The notes under the pieces are model-generated. The model worked only from the letters and a program-made list of their open reading frames with translations, did no database searches and was not told the DNA's origin. Positions 1-8,646 of a DNA stretch of 52,285 nt are shown here, piece after piece (the first letter of the stretch is position 1; each line of letters opens with the position of its first letter). This stretch comes from Verrucomicrobiota bacterium (GTDB taxonomy: Bacteria; Verrucomicrobiota; Verrucomicrobiia; Limisphaerales; UBA1096), in the NCBI GenBank assembly GCA_030747605.1, contig JASLKL010000001.1, forward strand, positions 12,500 through 64,784, read 5' to 3'. The position numbers and the translations under genes are program-made.

Positions 1-120
1 GATTTGCTAGCCTTAGATTTGCTAGCCTTAGATTTGCTAGCCTTAGATTTGCTAGCCTTAGATTTGCTAGCCTTAGATTTGCTAGCCTTAGACTCACTAG
101 CTTTTCGACTTGCTGCTTTT
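1..120. repeat. 15-bp tandem repeat GATTTGCTAGCCTTA: 6 perfect units (1-90) plus 2 diverged units (91-120), truncated by the window edge
   Basis: Read directly from the sequence. The unit length is a multiple of 3 and is in frame with der on the minus strand (AAG GCT AGC AAA TCT = KASKS). Confidence 0.95.
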
Positions 121-1664
121 TTCTTCTTTCGAACATCTTTCAACCGAAATTTTTCTCGATAAGAAGCCTTCTTGCCAGTTTTCTTTTTTATAGATGTGCG
201 ACGGATAGGTGCGATACTTTTAGGTCGAGGCTTTGCCACAAGGCGGATATTACATCCTTCAAATCCGAATGATTTACGGATCACGCCAATCAGATAACGG
301 GTGTAATTATCACTCAAAAGCTCTTTCCGATTCACAAACAATAAGAATGTCGGAGGCTTAGTCTCAACTTGAGTTGCGTAATAAAGTTTAAATCGGTGCC
401 CCTTAGAACTAGGCGCAGGACTTCGCTCAACGGCCTCCTGTAATGTTCGATTAAGCAAACTCGTCGGCAAAGCTTGATTCAATTGACCAGATACATAACG
501 AATGGCCTCAAGCATACGGTCGAGCTGGAAACCATCTAAAGCTGATGTAAAAATAACAGGAGCATAATCAAGAAAAAACAAATTCGTCTGCACCCAACGG
601 CCAAACTCTTCAAACATCATTTCTTGTTGCTTCTTGAGACTAAACTTTCGGCCTCCCTTCTCCTTCGCTTTTTTCGCCTCCGCCTTTCGAGCTTTTTCAG
701 CAGCTGCTTTATAAAGATCCCATTTGTTTACGACTATTATACAAGCACAACCAGCATCGGTAATTTTATCACAAATTTTCTTATCCTGCTCAGTAACACC
801 CTCTGCAGCATCAAGAACAATAACTGCAAGGTCACATCGCTCAATTGCCTTGTCCGACCTGTTTACGCTAAAAAATTCCACCGAATCTTTAACCCGACGA
901 CGTTTCCTAATTCCAGCTGTGTCGATTAGGTTATAATGTTGCCTAACCCCATCTGTCTCAACTTCAAAAGGCACATCAATGGCATCACGTGTCGTACCTG
1001 AAATCTCACTTACTATCACGCGTTGCGACTGAGTAAGAGCATTGATAATCGACGACTTTCCAACATTAGGTCGACCAACGATTGCAATATTCATTGGCAA
1101 CTCTTTGACATTCTGATTCTCCCCTTGACCTTCGCCTCCTTCTGATGCAACTAAAAGTTCAGGTAAAAATTTAACCGCTTGGCCAAGTGTTGTATCTATA
1201 CCGCGGTCGTGCAAAGCGCTAACTGGGAAGGCATACTGAAAACCTAGCTCAGAGAACTCATCAACACCTCGAGCATGTCCAGCGGTATCAACTTTATTGA
1301 TTATAAGAAGTACCGGCTTGTCGGCAGTGCGCAACATACTAGCTACCTCAAGGTCCATCGGAAGAACCCCATCCTGAACACTTACCACAAATAAAATAAC
1401 GTCCACATCATCTAGCGCAACCTGAACTTGCGTCACAATCTCCTGTGCAAAATCATCACCACCCTGTTCCCCCTTCAGCAAGCCGATGCCACCAGTGTCA
1501 ACCAACATAAAAGGCCGTCCCTGCCACTCGACCTCCGCACTGAGACGGTCACGTGTTACACCAGGGCGGTCGTGTACGATCGCAACCCGCCTGCGAGCAA
1601 TTCTATTAAACAGGGCCGATTTTCCGACATTTGGTCGGCCGACGATGGCTACCACTCCCGACAC
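1..1664 (-). CDS. der: ribosome-assembly GTPase Der (EngA); 3' end runs off the window
   Basis: The minus-strand frame is open from the window edge up to a TGA just upstream of 1664. It is absent from the ORF track because no stop lies in the window. My translation is (GTG)MSGVVAIVGRPNVGKSALFNRI...LVDTGG...IINKVD, then IAIVGRPNVGKSSIINAL...LIDTAGIRKR...VVNKWDL, then a KH-like C-terminal region and a basic tail. Two tandem P-loop G domains are diagnostic of Der. An alternative GTG start lies at 1655. Confidence 0.9.
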   Translation of the reverse strand, partial: MSGVVAIVGRPNVGKSALFNRIARRRVAIVHDRPGVTRDRLSAEVEWQGRPFMLVDTGGIGLLKGEQGGDDFAQEIVTQVQVALDDVDVILFVVSVQDGVLPMDLEVASMLRTADKPVLLIINKVDTAGHARGVDEFSELGFQYAFPVSALHDRGIDTTLGQAVKFLPELLVASEGGEGQGENQNVKELPMNIAIVGRPNVGKSSIINALTQSQRVIVSEISGTTRDAIDVPFEVETDGVRQHYNLIDTAGIRKRRRVKDSVEFFSVNRSDKAIERCDLAVIVLDAAEGVTEQDKKICDKITDAGCACIIVVNKWDLYKAAAEKARKAEAKKAKEKGGRKFSLKKQQEMMFEEFGRWVQTNLFFLDYAPVIFTSALDGFQLDRMLEAIRYVSGQLNQALPTSLLNRTLQEAVERSPAPSSKGHRFKLYYATQVETKPPTFLLFVNRKELLSDNYTRYLIGVIRKSFGFEGCNIRLVAKPRPKSIAPIRRTSIKKKTGKKASYREKFRLKDVRKKKKAASRKASESKASKSKASKSKASKSKASKSKASKSKASK

Positions 1665-1755
1665 GCCAGAGGTTGTAACCGGATTATCTCTCCAGAGCGA
1701 GGAACGGTTTTAGTAATCGCTAATCATAATTTTTCCTGAATAATGGCGTTCCCGG

Positions 1756-2979
1756 ATGAATCTTGCCGAAAGGACTAAAGTCACCTTCAAACTTGAACAG
1801 CGCCGGGCTATCTGTAACGGCATCCTCGAAACGGCAGGCACCACATTCCTTCTTCTCACCGTCGTCAAAGGGTTCGGTGATCCGGGAGTAATTTCCAAAG
1901 CGCTAGTATCAACTTCCGCCAGTATGGGCCTACTGCTCACACCGGTAGTAGTTACCCTTGTCCAAGCATTCAAAATACCTGCCGCAGTAGCTGCTAGCAG
2001 AATGTCCATTATCGGAGCATTTTTCTTTTTCCTTATAGCAGCTATTGAGTCACTGCCACTTTTCCTTTTCGGAAGCATAGTGGCAATGTCTTGCTCTACA
2101 GGCGCTATCCCTCTGCTGACACAAATATTTCGAGACAATTATCCTGAAAACAAACGTGGTCATTACTTCTCTCGAACTGTGTGGTTTCGAGTAGCAGGGG
2201 CAGGCCTATTCAGTTTCGTTGCCGGATATTTCCTGACCGAAACAGGAGCAGATACACAAGACGGGCTAGGACATTACCGATGGCTACTTGTAATTTTCGG
2301 GGCTGCCTTTTTGGCTTCATGGTATTTCCTTAAACACTTTCCCTCTCGACCACTTGATAGCGGAATTGGTAACCATCCATTTCGCACGCTACACTATGCA
2401 AAGACCGATAAATTGTTCCAGCATGCCCTGATATGCTGGATGATGATGGGGTTCGGCAATCTGATGATGATTCCGATCCGCATTGAGTACCTCACCAATC
2501 CCATTTATGGATTGCAGAAAAGCGACCTTATTATCTCCGTTCTAACCCTTGTTATCCCAAACCTATTCCGACTCCTGCTTAATCCCCTTTGGGGATGGCT
2601 ATTCGACCGCATTAATTTCTTTCTACTGCGCTCAGTGCTAAATCTTTTTTTCGCCCTAGGCATAATAATATTTTTTAGCAGCCAAAGCCTGACAGGAATG
2701 ATTATAGGACAGATATTCTTTGGAATAGCCCATGCCGGAGGTGATATTGCGTGGGGCATGTGGGTAACCAAACTCGCACCTGCCAATCGCGTGGCTGACT
2801 ATATGTCTGTCCACACTTTCTTTACAGGTGTGAGAGGAGTTTTAGCGCCTATTATCGGATTTGGAGTACTTGCCTCTGGATTAGCCATCGGCAAACTCAG
2901 CTACATAAGTGCCGGGATGATCATCTTATCAGCTATACTTCTAATTCCTGCAATCAGGCAAACACAAAAAAACGCCTAA
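1756..2979 (+). CDS. MFS-type membrane transporter (substrate unknown)
   Basis: 407 aa, almost entirely hydrophobic, with about 12 helix-length segments in two halves. No substrate-specific motif recognised. Confidence 0.6.
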   Translation: MNLAERTKVTFKLEQRRAICNGILETAGTTFLLLTVVKGFGDPGVISKALVSTSASMGLLLTPVVVTLVQAFKIPAAVAASRMSIIGAFFFFLIAAIESLPLFLFGSIVAMSCSTGAIPLLTQIFRDNYPENKRGHYFSRTVWFRVAGAGLFSFVAGYFLTETGADTQDGLGHYRWLLVIFGAAFLASWYFLKHFPSRPLDSGIGNHPFRTLHYAKTDKLFQHALICWMMMGFGNLMMIPIRIEYLTNPIYGLQKSDLIISVLTLVIPNLFRLLLNPLWGWLFDRINFFLLRSVLNLFFALGIIIFFSSQSLTGMIIGQIFFGIAHAGGDIAWGMWVTKLAPANRVADYMSVHTFFTGVRGVLAPIIGFGVLASGLAIGKLSYISAGMIILSAILLIPAIRQTQKNA

Positions 2980-3034
2980 CCTAGCAAAAAGTAATTCTCT
3001 TAATCGATTGATTTAATTTTTACGGCTCCAGTGT

Positions 3035-3652
3035 TCAGCTAAAAGTGTCAGTTGCTCGCCACAGATACCATGTAGCTACCGTTCGATATGGCGACCAACA
3101 TTCACCAGCAACTATGAGTTGTTTTGGCTTTGGATGTTCGTCCAAACATTTGACTATAGCAAACCCCTTTTGAACACCATAGTCTGTAGCAGGCAAAACG
3201 TCAGGACGTCCCAATCGAAAGATCAGAAGCATCTCAACTGTCCACCTGCCAACACCTTTAATAGATGTTAATTGGTTTATCAATTGCTGATCAGTCATAC
3301 GATTAGCCTTTCGAGAATCAGGCACGATGCCATCAATCGAAGCTTGGGCAATATTTCGAATGTACTGAGATTTTTGATTAGACAGCCCCGCGCTACGAAG
3401 CCTCTCGATAGATATTGAGAGTATGCTCTGAGGAGAAGGAAATCTTTTTCCAGGAAACAAACCTAACAAACGATTAAAGATAATACCGGCAACTTTACCG
3501 GTCAATTGCTGGTAGACTATGGATCTCACTAGTGAAGCGTAGACAGTACGACTCTTATCTGGCTTTAGAGTGCAACAACCTATTTTTCGAATGACCTTGG
3601 CCAAGTCAGGATCGACTTTTATTAGATACCGAGTTGCTTTAGATGTATCCAC
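3035..3652 (-). CDS. DNA-3-methyladenine glycosylase II family (HhH-GPD, AlkA/Mag-like)
   Basis: 205 aa with a helix-hairpin-helix/GPD signature, LTSIKGVGRWTVEMLLIF...LPATDYGV, including the catalytic Asp. Confidence 0.75.
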   Translation of the reverse strand: MDTSKATRYLIKVDPDLAKVIRKIGCCTLKPDKSRTVYASLVRSIVYQQLTGKVAGIIFNRLLGLFPGKRFPSPQSILSISIERLRSAGLSNQKSQYIRNIAQASIDGIVPDSRKANRMTDQQLINQLTSIKGVGRWTVEMLLIFRLGRPDVLPATDYGVQKGFAIVKCLDEHPKPKQLIVAGECWSPYRTVATWYLWRATDTFS

Positions 3653-3676
3653 AAATGAGAGGTTGGTTGACTTATC

Positions 3677-5668
3677 TCAGTGTGTAATAGGAGAATTAGG
3701 TGCCTTGTAATAGTCATCCCGAATCCAGTCAGCAATAAGGCCGATTTCTTTTTCCGTCAGAATATTCTTTTTACCAAAAGATGGCATTCTATCGTTGGAC
3801 TCAGGGTAAAACTTCTCATGTTCTGGATTTTTGACAAATTCGATAATCCATTGGCGCGAACCATAACCAGTGAGATCAGGCCCCTCAACATCGGGATCAG
3901 GCTCTTGAAAAGTATGACAATTGATACAGGAAATATCATCGATAAGGTGATCCACTCCCTGTTGAATTAGCTCTGCATCAGCCTTATCCAAGTCAGCCTG
4001 TAACGGAAGCTTAGCCTCAGCAGAAAGAGCCAACGCTACAAGTTTAAGCATCTCTTTTTCCTCTTCATCATACTTGGTAACCTTGCGATTAAGGAACCGA
4101 CGATACATATCGCCATCTTTATGGATTGTTCCACCAAAGAATCGTTTACTAATATAAATTTCTGGTCTTAGCAAATCCATGATCCATTGACGCGAAGCAA
4201 AACCTTTTAGATCTGGCGCACTGGGGGCTTCCTTGAACTGATTTCCAGCAATGACTTCAAATGTGCCTTCTCTATTAGCAGCGATAATAGCCTCAACAGT
4301 CTGCCAATCGTTACTATCTTTAAAGCGAGCCGACCAGTCTGGGTGAACAGAATTGGATGAGGCGAAACGGTTCAAAGATGAAGTACGTTGTTTTAGTTCA
4401 TCCAATGATTTCGCATCTGGTAGTGAATGAGCCAAACCATCGTGTCCATCATACCTATGACAACTAGCACAGTGTTGCGCAAAAAGCTTAGGGCCCTGTG
4501 TCTTTGGATCCGTTTTTAGTAAATTTAATGCAGTAGACTCAATACCCTCGTGCCTAGCCAACTCGATTGCCCGTCGCGCATCACGTTCATTGTCGAGTAA
4601 TGCCTTAAGGTAAATAGCACTATTAGGACCAGCAACATCTTCATGCTTAGCTAGATATGTCAGAGCCCCTGCCCCTCCCAAAAAAGCAAACATAACTCCA
4701 ACATTAAAGAAATGACCTACTTTCCATTTCCCAATAAAAGGCATTAAACAAATTAACCCAACAAACATACTCGGAATGTAGATTGCTCCCCATACTTCCT
4801 TATCGCCGGCAAACGCCGGCAATTTCAGAAATTGAAAAAGGTACAAAAAATACCAATCAGGTCTGGCTGCTGAAAAAGGCTCGGATGGATCTGCTGGTGA
4901 AGATAGATGCGCGCCGTGATACCAGATAACAAAAAACAAGACCGTAGCCATCACTGCAAGACAAGCTACGGCATCCTTAAACACTTGGTCAGGCCAGAAG
5001 AAAGCATCTTTCTTCTTTATTGGCTCAGCCGGAGTGATTCCATGACGTCGAAAAAGATAAATGTGACCTATAACAAGTAAGACAATTAATGCTGGCAAAA
5101 CACCAGCGTGCAGGGCAAAAAAACGAGTTAGAGTATGGTGTCCATACTCAGTTCCACCAACAACTAGCTTCTGAATCTCCGGGCCAATAAAAGGCACAAG
5201 ATTGGCAAGATTAGTTGCTACTTTCGTAGCCCAATAACCTTTTTGATCCCATGGCAAAAGATATCCAGTAAGCGACAAAGCCAATACAAGTTTAAGCAGA
5301 ATAACACCAAACCAAAAATTCACTTCACGAGGAGCTTTATAGGCTCCATCAACAAGAACCTGCATCAAATGCAACAAAAGCAAAATTGGCATCGCCTGGG
5401 CCATCCAGTGATGAATTCCCCGCAATAACCAGCCGCCGGTCATTTCGTTTTGAATATAGTTAACAGACTCCCACGCATCACCAGAACTAGCACTGTAACC
5501 CATCCAAAGAAACAACCCCGTAATAAACTGAACAAATAAAGCAAAAGTCAGCGTACTACCCCAAACATAACGCCATCTAGAACCTCCAGGGATATTCTCA
5601 AGAAGAACTTCTTTTGTAAGGCTACGGAAACCGGTCCTATGATCAAACCAATTGATAAGCGTCTTCAT
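3677..5668 (-). CDS. cytochrome b (bc/b6f type) fused to a C-terminal dihaem cytochrome c domain
   Basis: 663 aa. The N-terminal half has cytochrome b helices with haem-ligand His contexts (GIHHW, LLLHL, FALHAG, IGHIYL) and LPWDQKGYW. The hydrophilic C-terminal ~300 aa has two CxxCH motifs (CASCH, CINCH). The start overlaps the Rieske gene stop (ATGA at 5665-5668). Confidence 0.85.
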   Translation of the reverse strand: MKTLINWFDHRTGFRSLTKEVLLENIPGGSRWRYVWGSTLTFALFVQFITGLFLWMGYSASSGDAWESVNYIQNEMTGGWLLRGIHHWMAQAMPILLLLHLMQVLVDGAYKAPREVNFWFGVILLKLVLALSLTGYLLPWDQKGYWATKVATNLANLVPFIGPEIQKLVVGGTEYGHHTLTRFFALHAGVLPALIVLLVIGHIYLFRRHGITPAEPIKKKDAFFWPDQVFKDAVACLAVMATVLFFVIWYHGAHLSSPADPSEPFSAARPDWYFLYLFQFLKLPAFAGDKEVWGAIYIPSMFVGLICLMPFIGKWKVGHFFNVGVMFAFLGGAGALTYLAKHEDVAGPNSAIYLKALLDNERDARRAIELARHEGIESTALNLLKTDPKTQGPKLFAQHCASCHRYDGHDGLAHSLPDAKSLDELKQRTSSLNRFASSNSVHPDWSARFKDSNDWQTVEAIIAANREGTFEVIAGNQFKEAPSAPDLKGFASRQWIMDLLRPEIYISKRFFGGTIHKDGDMYRRFLNRKVTKYDEEEKEMLKLVALALSAEAKLPLQADLDKADAELIQQGVDHLIDDISCINCHTFQEPDPDVEGPDLTGYGSRQWIIEFVKNPEHEKFYPESNDRMPSFGKKNILTEKEIGLIADWIRDDYYKAPNSPITH

Positions 5669-6363
5669 GACAATGGAATTGGATGGTCATGGCCAGGTTG
5701 GAAGTTCTGAAACTTAACCCAGACCTCGACCTTATTACGTATTTCAATTTTAAGCGGATCCATAGGGCGCGGGCTAACACCAGATACAATACTTCCATCC
5801 AACTTGAAATTACTGTTATGACACGGACAAAAAAAATCATTCTTAATAGACCTGTAATCTATGAAACAACCAAGGTGGGGACAAACTGTGTGTAGCGCCT
5901 TAACCTTACCGTCCTCTTTTCGCAGATAAATTGCGCCAACGCTTATATTCTTGAACTTATTCCAAGCATCCTCCTTATCGGATATAACAGAAAATTTAGT
6001 CGGAGTACCATCAGCCGGAATAGCATCCAGTGTGGTAATCTTGACAAAACCATCTCCGCTTCCCTCTTTCTCGCGAGTAAGTGGATTAAGGTAAGCCCAT
6101 ATACCAGCCCCGAAAGGAACAGCACTGACAATTCCACCAATAACAATACAGAGAAACTTAACAAACCCACGACGCTCACCAAAATCCTCTTCGCTCTCAG
6201 TAGAAGTCTCAACTTCTGACAAACGACAAGCAACAGGAGAAGTTGCATTCTCATCAGACACTTCTTGAACAATATCGGAATCAATATTGCTAATAGCTTC
6301 GACCACTGAATCCTGCTCAGGTACTGCAGAACTATCAGGATTAATGTCCTCGTTATTATCCAC
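5665..6363 (-). CDS. Rieske [2Fe-2S] subunit of a cytochrome bc-type complex (start uncertain)
   Basis: Rieske boxes CPHLGC and CPCHNS, and a twin-arginine motif ERRGFVKF followed by a TM helix. The track ORF starts at a GTG and adds a ~50-60 aa acidic leader. In-frame alternative starts lie at 6306 (GTG), 6261 (GTG) and 6222 (TTG). Confidence 0.85.
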   Translation of the reverse strand: MDNNEDINPDSSAVPEQDSVVEAISNIDSDIVQEVSDENATSPVACRLSEVETSTESEEDFGERRGFVKFLCIVIGGIVSAVPFGAGIWAYLNPLTREKEGSGDGFVKITTLDAIPADGTPTKFSVISDKEDAWNKFKNISVGAIYLRKEDGKVKALHTVCPHLGCFIDYRSIKNDFFCPCHNSNFKLDGSIVSGVSPRPMDPLKIEIRNKVEVWVKFQNFQPGHDHPIPLS

Positions 6364-6441
6364 GCTTGAGTCGGGCAGAAACTACAATCTGATCGAATGG
6401 CGTCCTAGCAAAAAACTCTTAACTCAATAGAAAATCAATAA

Positions 6442-7257
6442 TTACATCTTCAAATGCTCCCATAAATCAGCAGGACTAAGTCGCATATTGATATAAAATT
6501 CCCCAAATCCGCCATATCGAGCACTCACTTCATCAAAACGCATTTCATACACAATTTCCTTTATAGCATCAGTCTTATGAGCCATTAGCGTTACACCCCA
6601 TTCCCAATCATCAAGACCAGTAGAACCCGTTATGAGCTGCTTGATCCGATCACTAAAAGTGCGCCCTACACGAGCATGACCAGACATTAGTTTTTTTCTA
6701 GATTCAAAATCTAAAGAATACCAATTGTCAGCACCTTCACGACGTTTAATCATCGGATAAAAACACATAACCTCCCAGTCAGGCATTTCGGGATAAAGCC
6801 TGTAATGCTCATAGTCCAATCGCATTTTGGACAACTCCTCCATCTTCGCTTCAAATTCCGGTGTATCTGGCTCGAGGCGGAATTCGCCTTTAACCCTTCT
6901 TTTGGTGTCCTCCTCTGTAGGCATATACTCGGATAATTCCGTCACACTTAAATAATTATATACCGGCACTAACACACCACCCGGGAAACAAGCCTCAATG
7001 TCTCGATGTAACTGAGCCACTGTTCCAAGCTCTTCTCCTAAAATAAAGAACGCTAAATCTGCCTTTCCTCCGACATTAGCATAGGTTCGAACACAAGGAT
7101 GGCTAGCATTTGAGTTAGCATCACAAAGTGACTGCAATTTCAGCATAGCTTCAGCAGATGCGCCTTTTGATAACGACTCCCAAAGCTGACGATCGATCGA
7201 ATAAAACAAGTGCATCACATGGATGCCTTGATCAAGTTTGACTTGAGGTAATGCCAT
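6442..7257 (-). CDS. chlorite dismutase family protein (HemQ/coproheme decarboxylase-like)
   Basis: The track ORF is 6442..7350, but its first 31 codons are Cys/hydrophobic and overlap the upstream gene. From the Met at 7257 the product (MALPQVKLDQGIHVMHLFYSID...) resembles Cld/HemQ-family proteins from memory. There is no motif-level proof. Confidence 0.6.
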   Translation of the reverse strand: MALPQVKLDQGIHVMHLFYSIDRQLWESLSKGASAEAMLKLQSLCDANSNASHPCVRTYANVGGKADLAFFILGEELGTVAQLHRDIEACFPGGVLVPVYNYLSVTELSEYMPTEEDTKRRVKGEFRLEPDTPEFEAKMEELSKMRLDYEHYRLYPEMPDWEVMCFYPMIKRREGADNWYSLDFESRKKLMSGHARVGRTFSDRIKQLITGSTGLDDWEWGVTLMAHKTDAIKEIVYEMRFDEVSARYGGFGEFYINMRLSPADLWEHLKM

Positions 7258-7315
7258 AAATTTGCCGACGAACCGGCACACGCACAGTGTGCACAAGAAT
7301 CTTATGAAAACAAGA

Positions 7316-8476
7316 TTACCTTGGCCTAGAATCTGATATCGACTGACCAATAAATGGCCACATTAAGTGAGGATAAAAACGATGACCACTGTTGCCCCAC
7401 TTAAGTGACATGTGACTGGGCACGCCGACCATTTTAAATATAGCATGAACTTCGCTACCTAATGCATCAACGGTCGAACGATGATGAAGTCCATCCTTAA
7501 CACCATGTATAATCAATAATCGACGAGGAGCAATAAGACCCGCCAACTCCTTCCAGTCGCCCCAATTGCGAAAACCCGGAACAAGACAGCAATCACAGTG
7601 AAAAATATAACCCTCAGGACTAATTGATGAGGTAAACGAACAACTCGGAATAGCCACAGTGATCCGCGTATCTATCGCCGCCATATATGCCGTCAAAACC
7701 CCGCCGCCAGAATTCCCAGTCATCACAATTTTCTTAGAGTCTACATCTGGCTGTTGTATCGCCCAGTCTAAGATGCGCTGCATATCCCAAACACGTTCCG
7801 CGGTTGGAGTGCGCCCTGATAATAGACAGTGGACTAACTGGGCGCGACATGGACGCTTCCCGTGACGCCCCATAGGATCAGGCACAAGAAGCTCACTTGC
7901 CAAACCGCGTGTAGCAGGAGCAATAGATACAAACCCTCGAAGCACTGCCTGTTCAGCAATATTCCCCTCTCGATCCAGAACCTCACCACGATGTTTATCG
8001 TTTTTGAACGCGCCTGAATATGAATGAAGGCCAAGCTTATCGTGGCCATGCGGTGAAATAAAAAGCGGAAACCGTGTCTCACTTTTTGAACTAGTAGGAA
8101 CTAGATAATAAAACGGCACTCGAATTCCCGGCTCAGTTTCGATCACACAAAGCCGCCGAGTATAAGCCCCATTAACTGAAATGGCAGCAGGCATAACCAC
8201 TTTGGATTTAAAATTAACTAACTCTTTACGCATCTGTTCAAGACCAATCAATTTCACTAAAGAGTAGCGCGCCTCCTGTTGCCATTTAGAAAAATTAAGA
8301 GAGGCATCATACGCGAATCTCTGCTTACCTTTTTGAATCCTCTTTAAATATGAAGCTGCCGGCTCATCGTAGGTGACAAACGGCTTATTATCATCCTCCT
8401 TTGCAACTACAAAATTAATAACTAAATAAAAAAACACAGCAGCAAGCACAGCCTTTGTTGCCAGAATTTTATGCAT
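7316..8476 (-). CDS. exported alpha/beta hydrolase (acetyl-xylan-esterase / dienelactone-hydrolase-like)
   Basis: 386 aa with an N-terminal signal-like helix (AVLAAVFFYLVINFVVA), a nucleophile elbow GNSGGG (GxSxG) and a C-terminal His context. Confidence 0.6.
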   Translation of the reverse strand: MHKILATKAVLAAVFFYLVINFVVAKEDDNKPFVTYDEPAASYLKRIQKGKQRFAYDASLNFSKWQQEARYSLVKLIGLEQMRKELVNFKSKVVMPAAISVNGAYTRRLCVIETEPGIRVPFYYLVPTSSKSETRFPLFISPHGHDKLGLHSYSGAFKNDKHRGEVLDREGNIAEQAVLRGFVSIAPATRGLASELLVPDPMGRHGKRPCRAQLVHCLLSGRTPTAERVWDMQRILDWAIQQPDVDSKKIVMTGNSGGGVLTAYMAAIDTRITVAIPSCSFTSSISPEGYIFHCDCCLVPGFRNWGDWKELAGLIAPRRLLIIHGVKDGLHHRSTVDALGSEVHAIFKMVGVPSHMSLKWGNSGHRFYPHLMWPFIGQSISDSRPR

Positions 8477-8646
8477 ACAAGAGCAGTGAGCTCACAAAGA
8501 TCACGTCTGCACAACAATTTAATTATAATTTAGATACTATCGATACACATTCATTTTAATCATCAATACATACTATAAAATCACTTTATCAACTAATCTT
8601 GCTGGGTTTTTTGTGCGTTTACCCTCACTGTTTCTCCCGCAATTTA

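Noticed and set aside
1-120. The left-edge direct repeats considered as a CRISPR array or non-coding minisatellite.
   Set aside because: The units are contiguous with no spacers and only 15 bp long. They lie in frame inside the der reading frame.
7258-7350. The N-terminal extension of the chlorite-dismutase-family ORF, which overlaps the upstream hydrolase gene by 35 nt.
   Set aside because: The extra 31 residues (MVSRYQILGQGNLVFIRFLCTLCVCRFVGKF) look like translated non-coding sequence. A Met at 7257 gives a family-typical N-terminus.
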